A stretch of DNA of 64,000 bases from an uncultured delta proteobacterium (GCA_963772835.1 CAVYYZ010000008.1:160001-224000), one strand, 5' to 3'. Shown: positions 47,510 to 57,699, counted from the first letter of the stretch. The notes: generated by a model from the letters alone, not told the origin. Numbers and translations: made by a program.

Positions 47510-49777
47510 ATGGCTACAAAGCTGATCATCTATCTGAAAAACGGATTGAGCGTTGATGGCACCCTGGCGAGGGCCTTTGATGGCTCTGATACTGACATTG
47601 ATGTTGTCGCCGAGCCTGAAAAAATACGATTAACCTTTGCATTAGATGAAATAGCCTGCATCCTGCTGTCCGGAACCCCTTCCTGGGCCGCTGACCGCCA
47701 ACCCTCATCAGTCGAAGAAGTACAGATAATCACCGGGGCCACATTCAGTGTCGCCATATACGAAGGCGCGCACTTTGCCACCGGTTTTTTCGGTATTGCC
47801 GCCGGGAAGCCGCCGGTTGCCGGATACAACACTATATTCTTCGTCAGTTCAGCCATCCGTTCCCGGCACCTGGAGCAGACCCTGGGGCAGATTCTGCAGG
47901 AGAAGGGATTCGTCTCCTCGGAAAAAATCGACGAAGCGCTGCAAATCCAGCAGACGCTTCGGAACCGCAGAATGGGTGAACTTCTCTCCGAATCGGCCAA
48001 TGTGCCGCAGGAGATCATCGAAAAAACTCTTGCGAACGCTCAGACTGACGCGCGCCGTAAGGCCAGGGTCGGCGACATCCTGATCGAGGCCGGCCTGGTC
48101 TCCCGTGATCAGGTGGAAAAGGCGCTTGTAGAGCCAGACTTCCGGCAAGAAAGTCCGCATCGGCGAACTGCTTATCATGCATGGGCTGATTACCGAAGAT
48201 CAGCTGCTTAACGCACTGGCCACCAAATTTCAGATGCGTTTTGTCGACCTGACGGCGCAGACCCCCGGCGAGGAAGCACTGGCAGCTCTGTCGGAAGGTC
48301 TGGTCAACCGGCTGCAGGTATTTCCTCTGGAATTGGTCGGCAGCCGGCTGGTGGTTGCCACCTCGGCTCCGACCGACCCCGCCATCGGCGACGATCTGCG
48401 CTTCTGTACAAAATACACCATCGATCTGGTCGTGGCCTCCTCCACCCAGATTGCCCAGGCCATCGAGCGGTATTACCAGCACAAAGAGGAGGAGCTGGAC
48501 ACAATCTTCGATGAGATGAAGGGCGAGCACGAGGTAACGGTTGAAGAGGATGTGGAGTCTTCCAGTTCATCGAACCGGACTCCAAGATCATCACGCTCAT
48601 CAACAAGGTCCTTATCGACGCCCACCGGCGGGGAGCGTCGGACATCCACTTCGAACCGGGCGGCATCAATAACCCGGTTCTGGTCCGCTACCGGATCGAC
48701 GGCGAGTGTATTGTGGCACATAAGATAGCCGCCACCTTCAAGAATGCCATTATCTCCCGCATCAAAATCATTGCAAACCTGGATATTGCCGAACGGCGCA
48801 AACCGCAGAGCGGTAAGATTATGCTCCGCTTCGAGAACCGCAAAGTCGAATACCGCGTGGAGATTACTCCAACAGTGGGGGGGCAGGAAGATGCCGTGCT
48901 CCGGCTGCTGTCAGCCTCCAAGCCGCTGCCGCTGGAAGAGATGGGCTTTCTTCCGTACAACCTGGAGCGGCTCAAAGGGATCATCACCAAACCGTACGGT
49001 CTGATCCTCTGCGTCGGCCCGACCGGTTCCGGCAAGACGACAACCCTGCATTCCGCCCTCGGCTACATAAACAAACCGAACCGAAAAATCTGGACAGCCG
49101 AAGATCCGGTGGAGATCACCCAGGCCGGTTTGCGGCAGGTACAGGTCAACGCCAAGATCGGTTTCAATTTTGCCGAGGCCATGCGCTCCTTCCTGCGTGC
49201 CGATCCTGACGTGATCATGATCGGCGAGATGCGGGATGTGGAGACCGCCCGGATCGCTATCGAGGCATCACTGACCGGGCACCAGGTGTTCAGCACCCTG
49301 CACACCAACAGTGCCGCCGAAACCGTGGTGCGGTTGATCGACATGGGGATGGATCCGTTGAACTTTGCCGATGCCCTCCTGGGAATTGTCGCCCAGCGTC
49401 TCGCCCGGAAACTGTGCGATAACTGCAAAAAACCGCTCAAGCTCCGGCAGGAGGAGTACGATGAACTGCGGGAAGAGTTCCTGCAACATGCTTCCCCGGT
49501 GGCGATGAACCTGTTCCCGACCTATGAAAATGCCGCCTGCATGGCTCCGGAAGGGTGCAAGCAGTGCAACAACACCGGATATAAAGGGCGGGTGGCGATC
49601 CATGAGCTGCTGCTGGGGACACAGTCACTCAAGAACGCCATCAAACAGCGGACCAACGGCGATGCCCTTAAGCAGCTTGCCATAGATGAGGGTATGCTGA
49701 CCCTCAAGATGGACGGCATCCTCAAGGTGTTGCAGGGTAAGACGAACATGGAGCAGATACTCAAGGTATGCATATAG
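47510..49777 (+). CDS. GspE/PilB-family ATPase with MshEN-like N-terminal motifs (two frameshifts, ~48130 and ~48560)
   Basis: Pieces 47510-48211, 48177-48728 and 48713-49777; corrected frames give RIGELLIMHG and GASDIHFEP; Walker A GPTGSGKTTT, AEDPVE, DPDVIMIGEMRD, STLHTN. Confidence 0.85.
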
Positions 49778-49835
49778 AACGGTCTCATCAGGCATCCGGT
49801 AATTTAATACAATTTTTTTGGAGGAATCTTCAGTA

Positions 49836-51068
49836 ATGGCACAGATCAACGACAACTACCTGAAACTCAAAGCAGGCTACCTCTTCCCTGAAATCGGCCG
49901 CCGCGTGCGCGAATTCGCCGCCGCCAACCCGACCGCCAAGGTCATCCGTCTGGGGATCGGCGACGTTACCCGTCCGCTGGCACCGGCCGTATTGAAGGCC
50001 TTCCACGACGCCGTGGACGATCTGGCCACCACCGACAAATTCGCCGGTTACGGTCCGGAGCAGGGGTATGACTGGCTGATCAACGCCATCATCGAGAAAT
50101 CCTACAAGCCGCTCGGCGTCAGCCTGAAAACGGAGGAGATGTTCATCTCCGACGGTTCCAAGTGCGACTGCGCCAACATCCTGGACATCTTCGCCCTGGA
50201 CAACGTGGTTGCCATCGGCGACCCGGTCTACCCGGTCTACAACGACACCAACGTCATGATCGGCCGCACCGGCGAGGCCGACGACAAGGGCTACTATCAG
50301 AATATCGTCTACATGCCGTGCAACGAGGCCAACGGTTTCATCCCGGCTCTGCCGACCCAGAAAGTGGACATCATCTATCTCTGCTTCCCCAACAACCCGA
50401 CCGGCACCGTGGCCAGCAAGGCCGAGCTGAAGAAGTGGGTCGACTACGCCAACGCCAACGACTGCGTGATCTTCTTCGACGCCGCCTACGAGGCGTTCAT
50501 CACCAACCCGGAGATCCCGCACTCCATCTACGAGATCGAAGGGGCCAAGAAGTGCGCCATCGAGTTCCGCTCGTTCTCCAAGACCGCCGGCTTCACCGGC
50601 GTCCGCTGCGGCCTGGTGGTCGTGCCGGAAGAGGTCATGGGCACCACCAGCACGGGCGAGCGCTACAGCTTCAACAAGCTCTGGCTGCGCCGCACCACCA
50701 CCAAGTTCAACGGCGCCTCCTACCCGGTCCAGCGCGCCGCCGCCGCGGTCTACTCCGACGAGGGGTGGAAGCAGACCAAAGAGATCATCGATTATTACAT
50801 GGAGAACGCCCGCATCATCCGTGAAGGGTTGAGGGAAGTCGGCGTCACCTGCTTCGGCGGCGTGGATGCCCCCTACATCTGGCTCAAGACCCCGGGCGGC
50901 ATGACCAGCTGGGACTTCTTCGACAAGCTGCTGACCGAATGCAACGTGGTCGGCACCCCCGGCAGCGGCTTCGGCCCGAGCGGGGAAGGGTACTTCCGGT
51001 TGTCGGCCTTCGGCCATCGCGAGAATGTGATTGAGGCGGTGGAGAGGATAAAGAAGAATTTGAAGTAG
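49836..51068 (+). CDS. dapL: LL-diaminopimelate aminotransferase
   Basis: [44 protein letters not shown]; in an operon with dapA/dapB. Confidence 0.96.
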   Translation: MAQINDNYLKLKAGYLFPEIGRRVREFAAANPTAKVIRLGIGDVTRPLAPAVLKAFHDAVDDLATTDKFAGYGPEQGYDWLINAIIEKSYKPLGVSLKTEEMFISDGSKCDCANILDIFALDNVVAIGDPVYPVYNDTNVMIGRTGEADDKGYYQNIVYMPCNEANGFIPALPTQKVDIIYLCFPNNPTGTVASKAELKKWVDYANANDCVIFFDAAYEAFITNPEIPHSIYEIEGAKKCAIEFRSFSKTAGFTGVRCGLVVVPEEVMGTTSTGERYSFNKLWLRRTTTKFNGASYPVQRAAAAVYSDEGWKQTKEIIDYYMENARIIREGLREVGVTCFGGVDAPYIWLKTPGGMTSWDFFDKLLTECNVVGTPGSGFGPSGEGYFRLSAFGHRENVIEAVERIKKNLK

Positions 51069-51078
51069 TTGTTGTAAT

Positions 51079-51104
51079 GAAAGGCGGCCGATTGGCCGCC
51101 CTTC
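51079..51104. terminator. dapL terminator-like hairpin (first copy of the repeated GGCGGCC element)
   Basis: GAAAGGCGGCC-GATT-GGCCGCCCTTC, 10 nt after the dapL stop. Confidence 0.75.
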
Positions 51105-51277
51105 TCGCGTTCTGGATTTGTATGTCCGTAAACCTTATTGTGAAAATCGTAAGTGTATCCATTGAAATGCATTGGATTGGATCTTTGTTGTGAAATATAG
51201 TTATAAGCGGATTTTAAAATTGCATTTTTAGTGTTTTGTGGCACTATGGTGCAGCTAAATTTAGGAGCGTGTTAATA

Positions 51278-52291
51278 ATGGCTAGTTACGACGATAGAAA
51301 GCTAATATATGGGGAGATAGAAGCTTTACGGGAATCGCTCGTGATTTCTTTTATTACTGGGGATCGTAGAGGTTTAGAAACTAAAATTTCCCCGGAAATT
51401 ATTGATATTTTTGTTGAACATCTTGATGCGATTGGCCCGACTAAAAAAATATCTCTGATTTTGCATACAAATGGAGGGGATACAGCTGCAGCGTGGCGTC
51501 TAATTAATTTACTTCATATATTCTGTGATGAGCTCGAAGTCATTGTAATATCTAAAGCACTTAGTGCTGGTACACTCATATCACTCGGCGCTGATAAAAT
51601 AATCATGACAAAACAAGCAGTTCTGGGGCCTATCGATCCAAGCATCGATCATCCACTAAACCCAATTGTTCCGACAATGCCTCACATTAAAGCACCAGTG
51701 AGTGTTGAAGCAGTCAGGGGCTATTTAGATGCTGCGAGTGAACTAGGAATCACGGATAGTAAAGATTTATCGCAATTACTCGTTGATCTGTCGAACAAGG
51801 TGCATCCGTTGGTCTTAGGGCAAATTTTTCGTTCAAAAGTTCAAATACGATTCTTGGCGAAAAAGCTGCTTACAAGACAAGTTAAAGAAGATGCAAAGAT
51901 AAATGAGATTATCGACTTCCTTTGTGCAGAGTCAGGAAGCCATGATTATACCATTAACAGGCGCGAGGCTCGTGATCTTGGATTGCAAATCGAAACCCCT
52001 TCCGATGAATTTTACACTTTGCTGAGAAAAATACACCTAAGCTATGTCGAAGAATTAAGCCTTTTAGAGCCATTTGATCCTGCGGGGTTACTTGGAGTGT
52101 CTCAGACAATAGATTATTCTTTACCTCGAGCAGTTATTGAGAGCAATATAACTGGGTGTCATCAATTTATTTCAAGTGGGACATTGAATAAATCAATGAT
52201 GCATGTACAAGTTGCACCTAACATGCCGCCTATGCCACAGGAAGCAATTCACGATAACCGAAAATTCGAAGGTTGGAGGAAAACAAGATGA
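51278..52291 (+). CDS. SDH_sah/ClpP-like serine protease family protein (AT-rich, horizontally acquired)
   Basis: LILHTNGGD, ALSAGTLISLGADKIIM, LGPIDP, SHDYTINRREA. Confidence 0.85.
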   Translation: MASYDDRKLIYGEIEALRESLVISFITGDRRGLETKISPEIIDIFVEHLDAIGPTKKISLILHTNGGDTAAAWRLINLLHIFCDELEVIVISKALSAGTLISLGADKIIMTKQAVLGPIDPSIDHPLNPIVPTMPHIKAPVSVEAVRGYLDAASELGITDSKDLSQLLVDLSNKVHPLVLGQIFRSKVQIRFLAKKLLTRQVKEDAKINEIIDFLCAESGSHDYTINRREARDLGLQIETPSDEFYTLLRKIHLSYVEELSLLEPFDPAGLLGVSQTIDYSLPRAVIESNITGCHQFISSGTLNKSMMHVQVAPNMPPMPQEAIHDNRKFEGWRKTR

Positions 52292-52479
52292 GTTATTTCC
52301 AGTCAACAACAGATGCGAGCAATCTATACCGCCCCACAACTGCAACTGAAACTAGTAAGGAAATGGGAACTGCTGTCAGAGGAAATCTCGCAGACCAAAT
52401 GAATAATGTAATAATCATTCGAACTACGTATATGGCCAATCAGAATATAGGTACAAATGCTTCTTTTTCAGAGCAGTAA
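52288..52479 (+). CDS. small hypothetical protein translationally coupled to the protease
   Basis: ATGA overlap with the protease stop; GGAGG RBS; 63 aa. Confidence 0.55.
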   Translation: MSYFQSTTDASNLYRPTTATETSKEMGTAVRGNLADQMNNVIIIRTTYMANQNIGTNASFSEQ

Positions 52480-52584
52480 TGATGATGCTTAGCATTTGAT
52501 CAGCATTTCTGTTACATAGAGTATTTTTCCCCTATCAACATTTCTGCCTGCGAAAAAACAGCAGGTGACAAACCTACAATTTTT

Positions 52585-52622
52585 AAACAGCAAAGGCGGC
52601 CAATCGGCCGCCTTTGCTGTTT
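52585..52622. repeat. GGCGGCC palindrome copy
   Basis: Perfect stem AAACAGCAAAGGCGGCC-AATC-GGCCGCCTTTGCTGTTT. Confidence 0.8.
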
Positions 52623-52628
52623 CTGTAT

Positions 52629-52772
52629 TCAGTACATTTCAAGCGCTGCGGCAATTCTTGTTTTGTGCTGCCCCAGATCCTGCTTGGAAAAGTCGGTGAC
52701 AACCTTCAGATAGTTGGTGCCAAGATCCTCCCGCACACAGGACTCAAACTTGACCGCCTCTACGTTATAGCC
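52629..52772 (-). pseudogene. 3' fragment of a 2-hydroxyacyl-CoA dehydratase (HgdB/FldB-like) family gene
   Basis: Minus strand reads GYNVEAVKFESCVREDLGTNYLKVVTDFSKQDLGQHKTRIAAALEMY*, matching the family C-terminus (..TDYS..D.GQL.TRIEAFLEM); no N-terminal part is present. Confidence 0.65.
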
Positions 52773-52825
52773 TTAACTGTACCAAGTTGTCTCAGGTATC
52801 CGGAATTCCTAAATTGATATATATC

Positions 52826-53377
52826 TCAAAAAGGTACTTCTGAATCATCGTTCTCCTCTATGTCCTTTTCATTTGGAGTGACAGCAATATTTGCTTCTAT
52901 TACAGAACGTTTACCTGCCACCTGCTCAAAGTATGTGGACTCACAAAGGCTAATATCATCGTCCGTAATTTTGGAACAGCGATATCCGTCCATGTTGAAG
53001 CCAAACTTTTCAAACACCCCCCTATCGACACTGTACAAGTTCCACTCCACATCGTCCGGAAAAAGGAGCACTATCGACAATGCGTTAGTATTGTCGTGCT
53101 TGATGATATAGAAATCGTGCTCAGGGATATAATACAGGTAATTATAAGGATTCTCAGGGTCAAAACAATCTAGATCGGACGTATCGCTGTAGCTAGGGCC
53201 AGATTCAATTTCTATGGCGCAGTTAAGGCAAACGCCATAAAACCTATCTTCATCGCCTTCGCAATCGTAATCCTCTTCCATATCCCGCCCACACTTTGGG
53301 CATGGCCTACTGGATTGAGAAGGCACGTAATCATAAACTCCCCTTAATATGGCGGCAGCGGCGACGTCGTTCCCCAT
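52826..53377 (-). CDS. hypothetical zinc-ribbon protein with acidic C-terminal tail
   Basis: CPKC...CLNC; ends EENDDSEVPF; low GC. Confidence 0.6.
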   Translation of the reverse strand: MGNDVAAAAILRGVYDYVPSQSSRPCPKCGRDMEEDYDCEGDEDRFYGVCLNCAIEIESGPSYSDTSDLDCFDPENPYNYLYYIPEHDFYIIKHDNTNALSIVLLFPDDVEWNLYSVDRGVFEKFGFNMDGYRCSKITDDDISLCESTYFEQVAGKRSVIEANIAVTPNEKDIEENDDSEVPF

Positions 53378-53472
53378 GGTAATCCCCCCCAAAGTTTCGC
53401 TGATTATATCAGACAGCGCAGTTAGCAACCACTTTTTCTGCTACCCTCGCAAAATCTCTGAAAGGAGGAAAT

Positions 53473-53958
53473 CTACGGGGTCAGGTCTTGAAATATAAGT
53501 TTTACAAAATCGGGGATCAAATAGTCTACGACGATCGCTTCACCACGCCGTACTTGCTCCTTCACTTGTTGACTGATTGCGCGATTATCGCTCCTGATGA
53601 GTTCAACCAGTCGGGTGATGCGTTTGGCCTCCGATTGATCGTCGTACGTGGCGCTCCACAATACCATTTCAAACAGCAGCGGAATAAGATCCAGCCCCTT
53701 ATCGGTAAGCATATAGCTGTCCTTCCTGCCGTCGGCATGTCCCTCACGCACAAGAATGCCCCCCTCAATAAGTTGCCCCAGGCGTGACGCCAGAATGTTG
53801 GTGGCAAAACCCTCCTCTGATTTGAGGAAATCACCGTAGGTCCGTTTCCCCCTGAAAATGATGTCTCGAAGGATCAGCAGTGTCCAGCGGTCGCCAAAGG
53901 TCTCAAGGGCGAAGTTAACGGGACAGTGCGAGCGAAGTTTGTTTTTTCCCTTTTTCAT
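53473..53958 (-). CDS. HxlR-family transcriptional regulator
   Basis: RSHCPV..ALETFGDRWTLLILRD...Y.LTDKGLDL. Confidence 0.9.
   Translation of the reverse strand: MKKGKNKLRSHCPVNFALETFGDRWTLLILRDIIFRGKRTYGDFLKSEEGFATNILASRLGQLIEGGILVREGHADGRKDSYMLTDKGLDLIPLLFEMVLWSATYDDQSEAKRITRLVELIRSDNRAISQQVKEQVRRGEAIVVDYLIPDFVKLIFQDLTP
53477..53498 (+). repeat. REP-like motif GGGGTCAGGTCTTGAAATATAA
   Basis: GTCAGGTCTTGAAATATAA recurs identically at 55926-55944; inverted CCCTGACCCC at 56746-56755. Confidence 0.65.
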
Positions 53959-53977
53959 AATTCAATTTATACAGATT

Positions 53978-53998
53978 TCACTTGTAATTTGCAAGTGA
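53978..53998. promoter_or_regulatory. putative HxlR operator palindrome
   Basis: TCACTTG-N7-CAAGTGA in the short divergent intergenic region between hxlR and the SRPBCC gene. Confidence 0.65.
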
Positions 53999-54044
53999 TA
54001 ATTCTACTATGAATCATAACAAAAACAAATTGGAGGTGGCTGAC

Positions 54045-54503
54045 ATGGTAGACATAAATCATCGAATCGGCATCAAAACCCCGGTAGAACGGGTATATAA
54101 GGCAGTGACAACTCTGAATGGCCTAGCCGGCTGGTGGACTGAAGATGTAACCGGTGATGCGGCGGTCGGAGGCAGGATTGCGTTCAGTTTTCTCACCACA
54201 TCCGGTGCTCTGCTGGGCAGGATGGTTATGGAAGTGCAGAAACTGGATGAGAATAAGGAGGTTCGCTGGCGCTGCGTTGAAGGGCCGGAGGAGTGGCTTG
54301 GTACTGACATCACCTTCCAGCTTTCTGAACAGGATGGTCAGACGATTGTCCTCTTCGGTCACCGGAACTGGCGCGAGGCTGTTGAGGCTACCTATCACTG
54401 CAGTATGAAGTGGGCCACTTTCCTGTTAAGCCTGCGTGAGTATGTGGAAACAGGAACAGGGAAACCGTCACCCCATGATCTGAAGATAGATAACTGGAAT
54501 TAG
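54045..54503 (+). CDS. SRPBCC/AHSA1 domain protein
   Basis: VYKAVTT..GLAGWW, V.W.C..GPEEW.GT, WATFLLSL..YVETG.G; GGAGG RBS. Confidence 0.9.
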   Translation: MVDINHRIGIKTPVERVYKAVTTLNGLAGWWTEDVTGDAAVGGRIAFSFLTTSGALLGRMVMEVQKLDENKEVRWRCVEGPEEWLGTDITFQLSEQDGQTIVLFGHRNWREAVEATYHCSMKWATFLLSLREYVETGTGKPSPHDLKIDNWN

Positions 54504-54546
54504 CATTCTATGTGGAAATAGATGAGCAGAATAAGGAGGCAATACA

Positions 54547-55053
54547 ATGGTAACTTCACGAGGAAATGAGTTGGCTAAAATAATACGCCAGAGAGTAGCG
54601 GATCTGAAACTGGTATGCCAGGGAGTGGACGAAGATCTGTCCGGGCGTGCTCCGGCGGAGCGCTGGTCTCCCAAGCAGGTGATTTCCCATCTGTGCGGTC
54701 CCGATGGCGTGGGGCACCTGCCGTTTTTGAAGACCTTTCTCGACAGCGAAACACCGCTGATCGATCTTGTCACCGAGGATCCGTTTTTTACTGAAAAGCG
54801 TGCGGCCATGAGCTTCAGTGGGCTTGTTGCGGAGTGTGAGCTGAATTACGAACATGTGGCAGGTTTTGTGGAGGGACTGAATGAGGCGCAACTGGCACGA
54901 ACAGCGCACATCCCGAAGCTGAAAGATAGTCCGCTGGGCGAGTACCCCACCCTCGACGGGATGATCTATGGCCTGGGTGAGTATCACCTCCAGTTTCACA
55001 TCGACCATCTGCACGAGATCCTGATGGCTCTTGCGAGTCAGGTGCAGGTTTGA
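54547..55053 (+). CDS. DinB family protein
   Basis: WSPKQVISHL and H..FH His pattern. Confidence 0.8.
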   Translation: MVTSRGNELAKIIRQRVADLKLVCQGVDEDLSGRAPAERWSPKQVISHLCGPDGVGHLPFLKTFLDSETPLIDLVTEDPFFTEKRAAMSFSGLVAECELNYEHVAGFVEGLNEAQLARTAHIPKLKDSPLGEYPTLDGMIYGLGEYHLQFHIDHLHEILMALASQVQV

Positions 55054-55236
55054 TGCAAAGAAATTCATACGGCGGAGTGGCGACAGGTACAGGGTGCTAC
55101 TCCCCATGTTCTGGAAATTGAAAATTGGTGCCGGAATTTCCCGTGCAGAAGATCCGGCCTTGATGCCGGATCATCAGGAAACAGTGCTCTAATCAACCAA
55201 TATCAAACCCGATCTCATACTGCGGGAGAGTTCAAC

Positions 55237-55839
55237 ATGCCTGATTACCCCAGTGATATTGCCTTCACACCGGCTGTTAAAGCGATTCAGAAACAGAGAG
55301 GCTCCCGGGACACCTACGCCAGGATGGAACGGGGTCGCGGCTGGCAGACCAGAGTCACTCCTGATCTGGCCGATTTTCTGGCGGAACTTGACATGTTCTA
55401 TCTCGGAACGAGCAACGCCGCCTGTCAGCCGTACATCCAGTATCGTGGCGGTCCTCCCGGTTTTTTGAAAGTAATTGACGACCACACCCTCGGCTTCGCC
55501 GATTTCGGCGGCAACAGTCAGTACATCTCGATCGGAAACCTGTCGGAAAATCCGAAGGCGTTCATTTTCCTGATTGACTATGCCGCCAGCCAACGCATAA
55601 AAATCTGGGGCACAGCTCGTATCGTTGATAATGACACGGATCTGTTCGAACGCCTCGCTGATCCGACCTATCCCGGCAGAGTGGAACGGGCGATACTGTT
55701 CACCGTTGATGCCTGGGATGTGAACTGCCCCCAGCACATCCATAAACGATTCTCGCAGCTTCAAATAGCTCCGGTTGTTGAAAAGCTTCAGGATCGCGTG
55801 CGGGAGCTTGAAGATGAAGTTGCGCGATTGAGGGGCTGA
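55237..55839 (+). CDS. pyridoxamine 5'-phosphate oxidase-like FMN-binding protein
   Basis: PYIQYRGGPPGF, ADFGGNSQYIS.GNL, WDVNCPQHI. Confidence 0.9.
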   Translation: MPDYPSDIAFTPAVKAIQKQRGSRDTYARMERGRGWQTRVTPDLADFLAELDMFYLGTSNAACQPYIQYRGGPPGFLKVIDDHTLGFADFGGNSQYISIGNLSENPKAFIFLIDYAASQRIKIWGTARIVDNDTDLFERLADPTYPGRVERAILFTVDAWDVNCPQHIHKRFSQLQIAPVVEKLQDRVRELEDEVARLRG

Positions 55840-55984
55840 GCGCACTGTGGTGATGAGCCTGTCATCCGGATAGTTATTCCGGGGGACACCTTTTAATTCA
55901 AAAGGCGACCATAGGAAACCTAAGTGTCAGGTCTTGAAATATAATTCACCCCTGACTAACCGGGACTTGAAAGTACGCAGTTGA

Positions 55985-56536
55985 TCAGTTTTCAGGCTCA
56001 GGGCAGACGCAGGAATCAAAATCCTCATTCAAGCACTCCTTGCAGACCGCACTACCTCGCCGCGCCGCCTCTATGGCTGCGATGTCGATCTTTTTCATCT
56101 GCATCATCGCATCGAACGCCCGCTTGGCTGCGGCGGGGTCGGGATCGGTTATAGCTTTCGTCAGGGCAACCGGAGTAATCTGCCACGACAGACCCCATTT
56201 GTCCCTGCACCAGCCGCACTCGCTCTCCTCACCACCGTTGCCGACAATAGCGTTCCAGTAGCTATCCGTTTCGGACTGGTCAGCGGTTGCAACCTGAAAC
56301 GAGAATGCCCAGTTGTGCGTGACCTCGGGTCCGCCATTAAGCCCGAGGCAGGGAATACCCATGACGGTAAACTCGACCGTCAACACATCCCCCTGCTTTC
56401 CGGCCGGATAGTCCCCCGGTGCGAGATGTACAGCGTTTACGGATGAATCAGGAAAGGTTGCAGCATAAAACCGCGCCGCCTCCTCGGCTTCGCGGTCGTA
56501 CCAAAGGCAAATTGTGTTCTTTGCGTGCGTTTTCAT
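55985..56536 (-). CDS. VOC/PhnB-like protein (3-demethylubiquinone-9 3-methyltransferase family)
   Basis: ICLWYD..AEEAARFY, LNGGP, CGWCRDKWGLSWQI, MMQMKKIDIA. Confidence 0.9.
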   Translation of the reverse strand: MKTHAKNTICLWYDREAEEAARFYAATFPDSSVNAVHLAPGDYPAGKQGDVLTVEFTVMGIPCLGLNGGPEVTHNWAFSFQVATADQSETDSYWNAIVGNGGEESECGWCRDKWGLSWQITPVALTKAITDPDPAAAKRAFDAMMQMKKIDIAAIEAARRGSAVCKECLNEDFDSCVCPEPEN

Positions 56537-57000
56537 ATCACTTCTCCTTCGTGATGCGCCGCTCTGAAAAAAGTGCCGGTAGTGAGCGGTCAATGTACCA
56601 GATCCATTACGATTTATTTGTCATCTTCATTTTATGCTCTTTGGCGAAGATATTTTATAAAAAAATTCCTGAGAGGGGACGGTGGGGGCAGAAGATATAT
56701 TTCACAGGAGAAAGTCAAGCCAGATCCCAAATTACCAAATTATGGCCCTGACCCCAAATTGTGGCCGCACCGCAGATAAACTCACATACCATAAAGTTTA
56801 CCGCTCCGTGGTCCGCCACATTTGGCAGTTCAGTACTATAGTACAGATGCCGATGCTGTTTTGACTTCATCCCCTGTACACTCCTTTCAACTTACCCTGT
56901 ATTTTCAACCTGTTACACTCGATATATCAGTGGGTCATTCTTGGCGTATAAGTTGCTCAGTAATTATTAAAATTGAAACAGTAATTCCAGGAGGAATCGC

Positions 57001-57600
57001 ATGAGAAAGTTGATGATAGCAGTAGTTTGCGCTGTATTTGTGTTTGGCACGATAGCAACCGGCTACGCCGAGCAGGGAGATTGGCGCGGAGGAATACGTT
57101 CCAGGATTCAAGAATCAAGGCAAAGGATTGATCAGGGTATCGAACGGGGGTCACTCGACAGACATGAGGCCGACCGGCTCCATTCAGAGCTGGGTGCTAT
57201 TCTCAACAAGATAGACCGCATGAAAGCAGATGGCTATCTTAACCAGGGGGAAAGGGACACTATAAAAAGTGACCTGGACAGACTGGACAGGGATATTTTC
57301 AAAGAAAAGCATGATGCTGTATCGGCTGTTCCCGCAGTGCAGCAGGATTGGCGTGGGGGAATACGCGCCAGGATTCAGGACTCAAAGCAAAAGATCGAGC
57401 AGGGTGTTGAACGTGGTTCACTCAACAGACATGAGGCCCGCAAGCTCAACAAAGAGTTGGGCAAAATTCTTTACAAGATTGACCGCATGAAAGAAGATGG
57501 CCATATTAGTCCAAGGGAACGGAAAAAGATAAATCGAGACCTTGATCGACTGGACCGGGATATTTTCAAAGAAAAGCGTAATGATAACAGAAGGCGCTGA
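57001..57600 (+). CDS. secreted helical protein with two internal ~85-aa repeats
   Basis: Signal peptide; DWRGGIR.RIQ.S.Q.I.QG.ERGSL.RHEA...DLDRLDRDIFKEK occurs twice. Confidence 0.8.
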   Translation: MRKLMIAVVCAVFVFGTIATGYAEQGDWRGGIRSRIQESRQRIDQGIERGSLDRHEADRLHSELGAILNKIDRMKADGYLNQGERDTIKSDLDRLDRDIFKEKHDAVSAVPAVQQDWRGGIRARIQDSKQKIEQGVERGSLNRHEARKLNKELGKILYKIDRMKEDGHISPRERKKINRDLDRLDRDIFKEKRNDNRRR

Positions 57601-57664
57601 GATAACCGCGATCAAAACCAAGGCACTACCCGGGAACGTATTTCCTGAATGAAAAGTTGAAATC

Positions 57665-57699
57665 TAATACAAAAGGCGGCCAATTAATCGGCCGCCTTT
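57665..57699. repeat. GGCGGCC palindrome copy
   Basis: TAATACAAAAGGCGGCC-AATTAATC-GGCCGCCTTT. Confidence 0.75.

Noticed and set aside
49830..51017. 395-aa antisense ORF and 220-aa alternative-frame ORF over dapL
   Set aside because: Shadow ORFs caused by the strong C/G third-position bias of dapL; no recognisable motifs.
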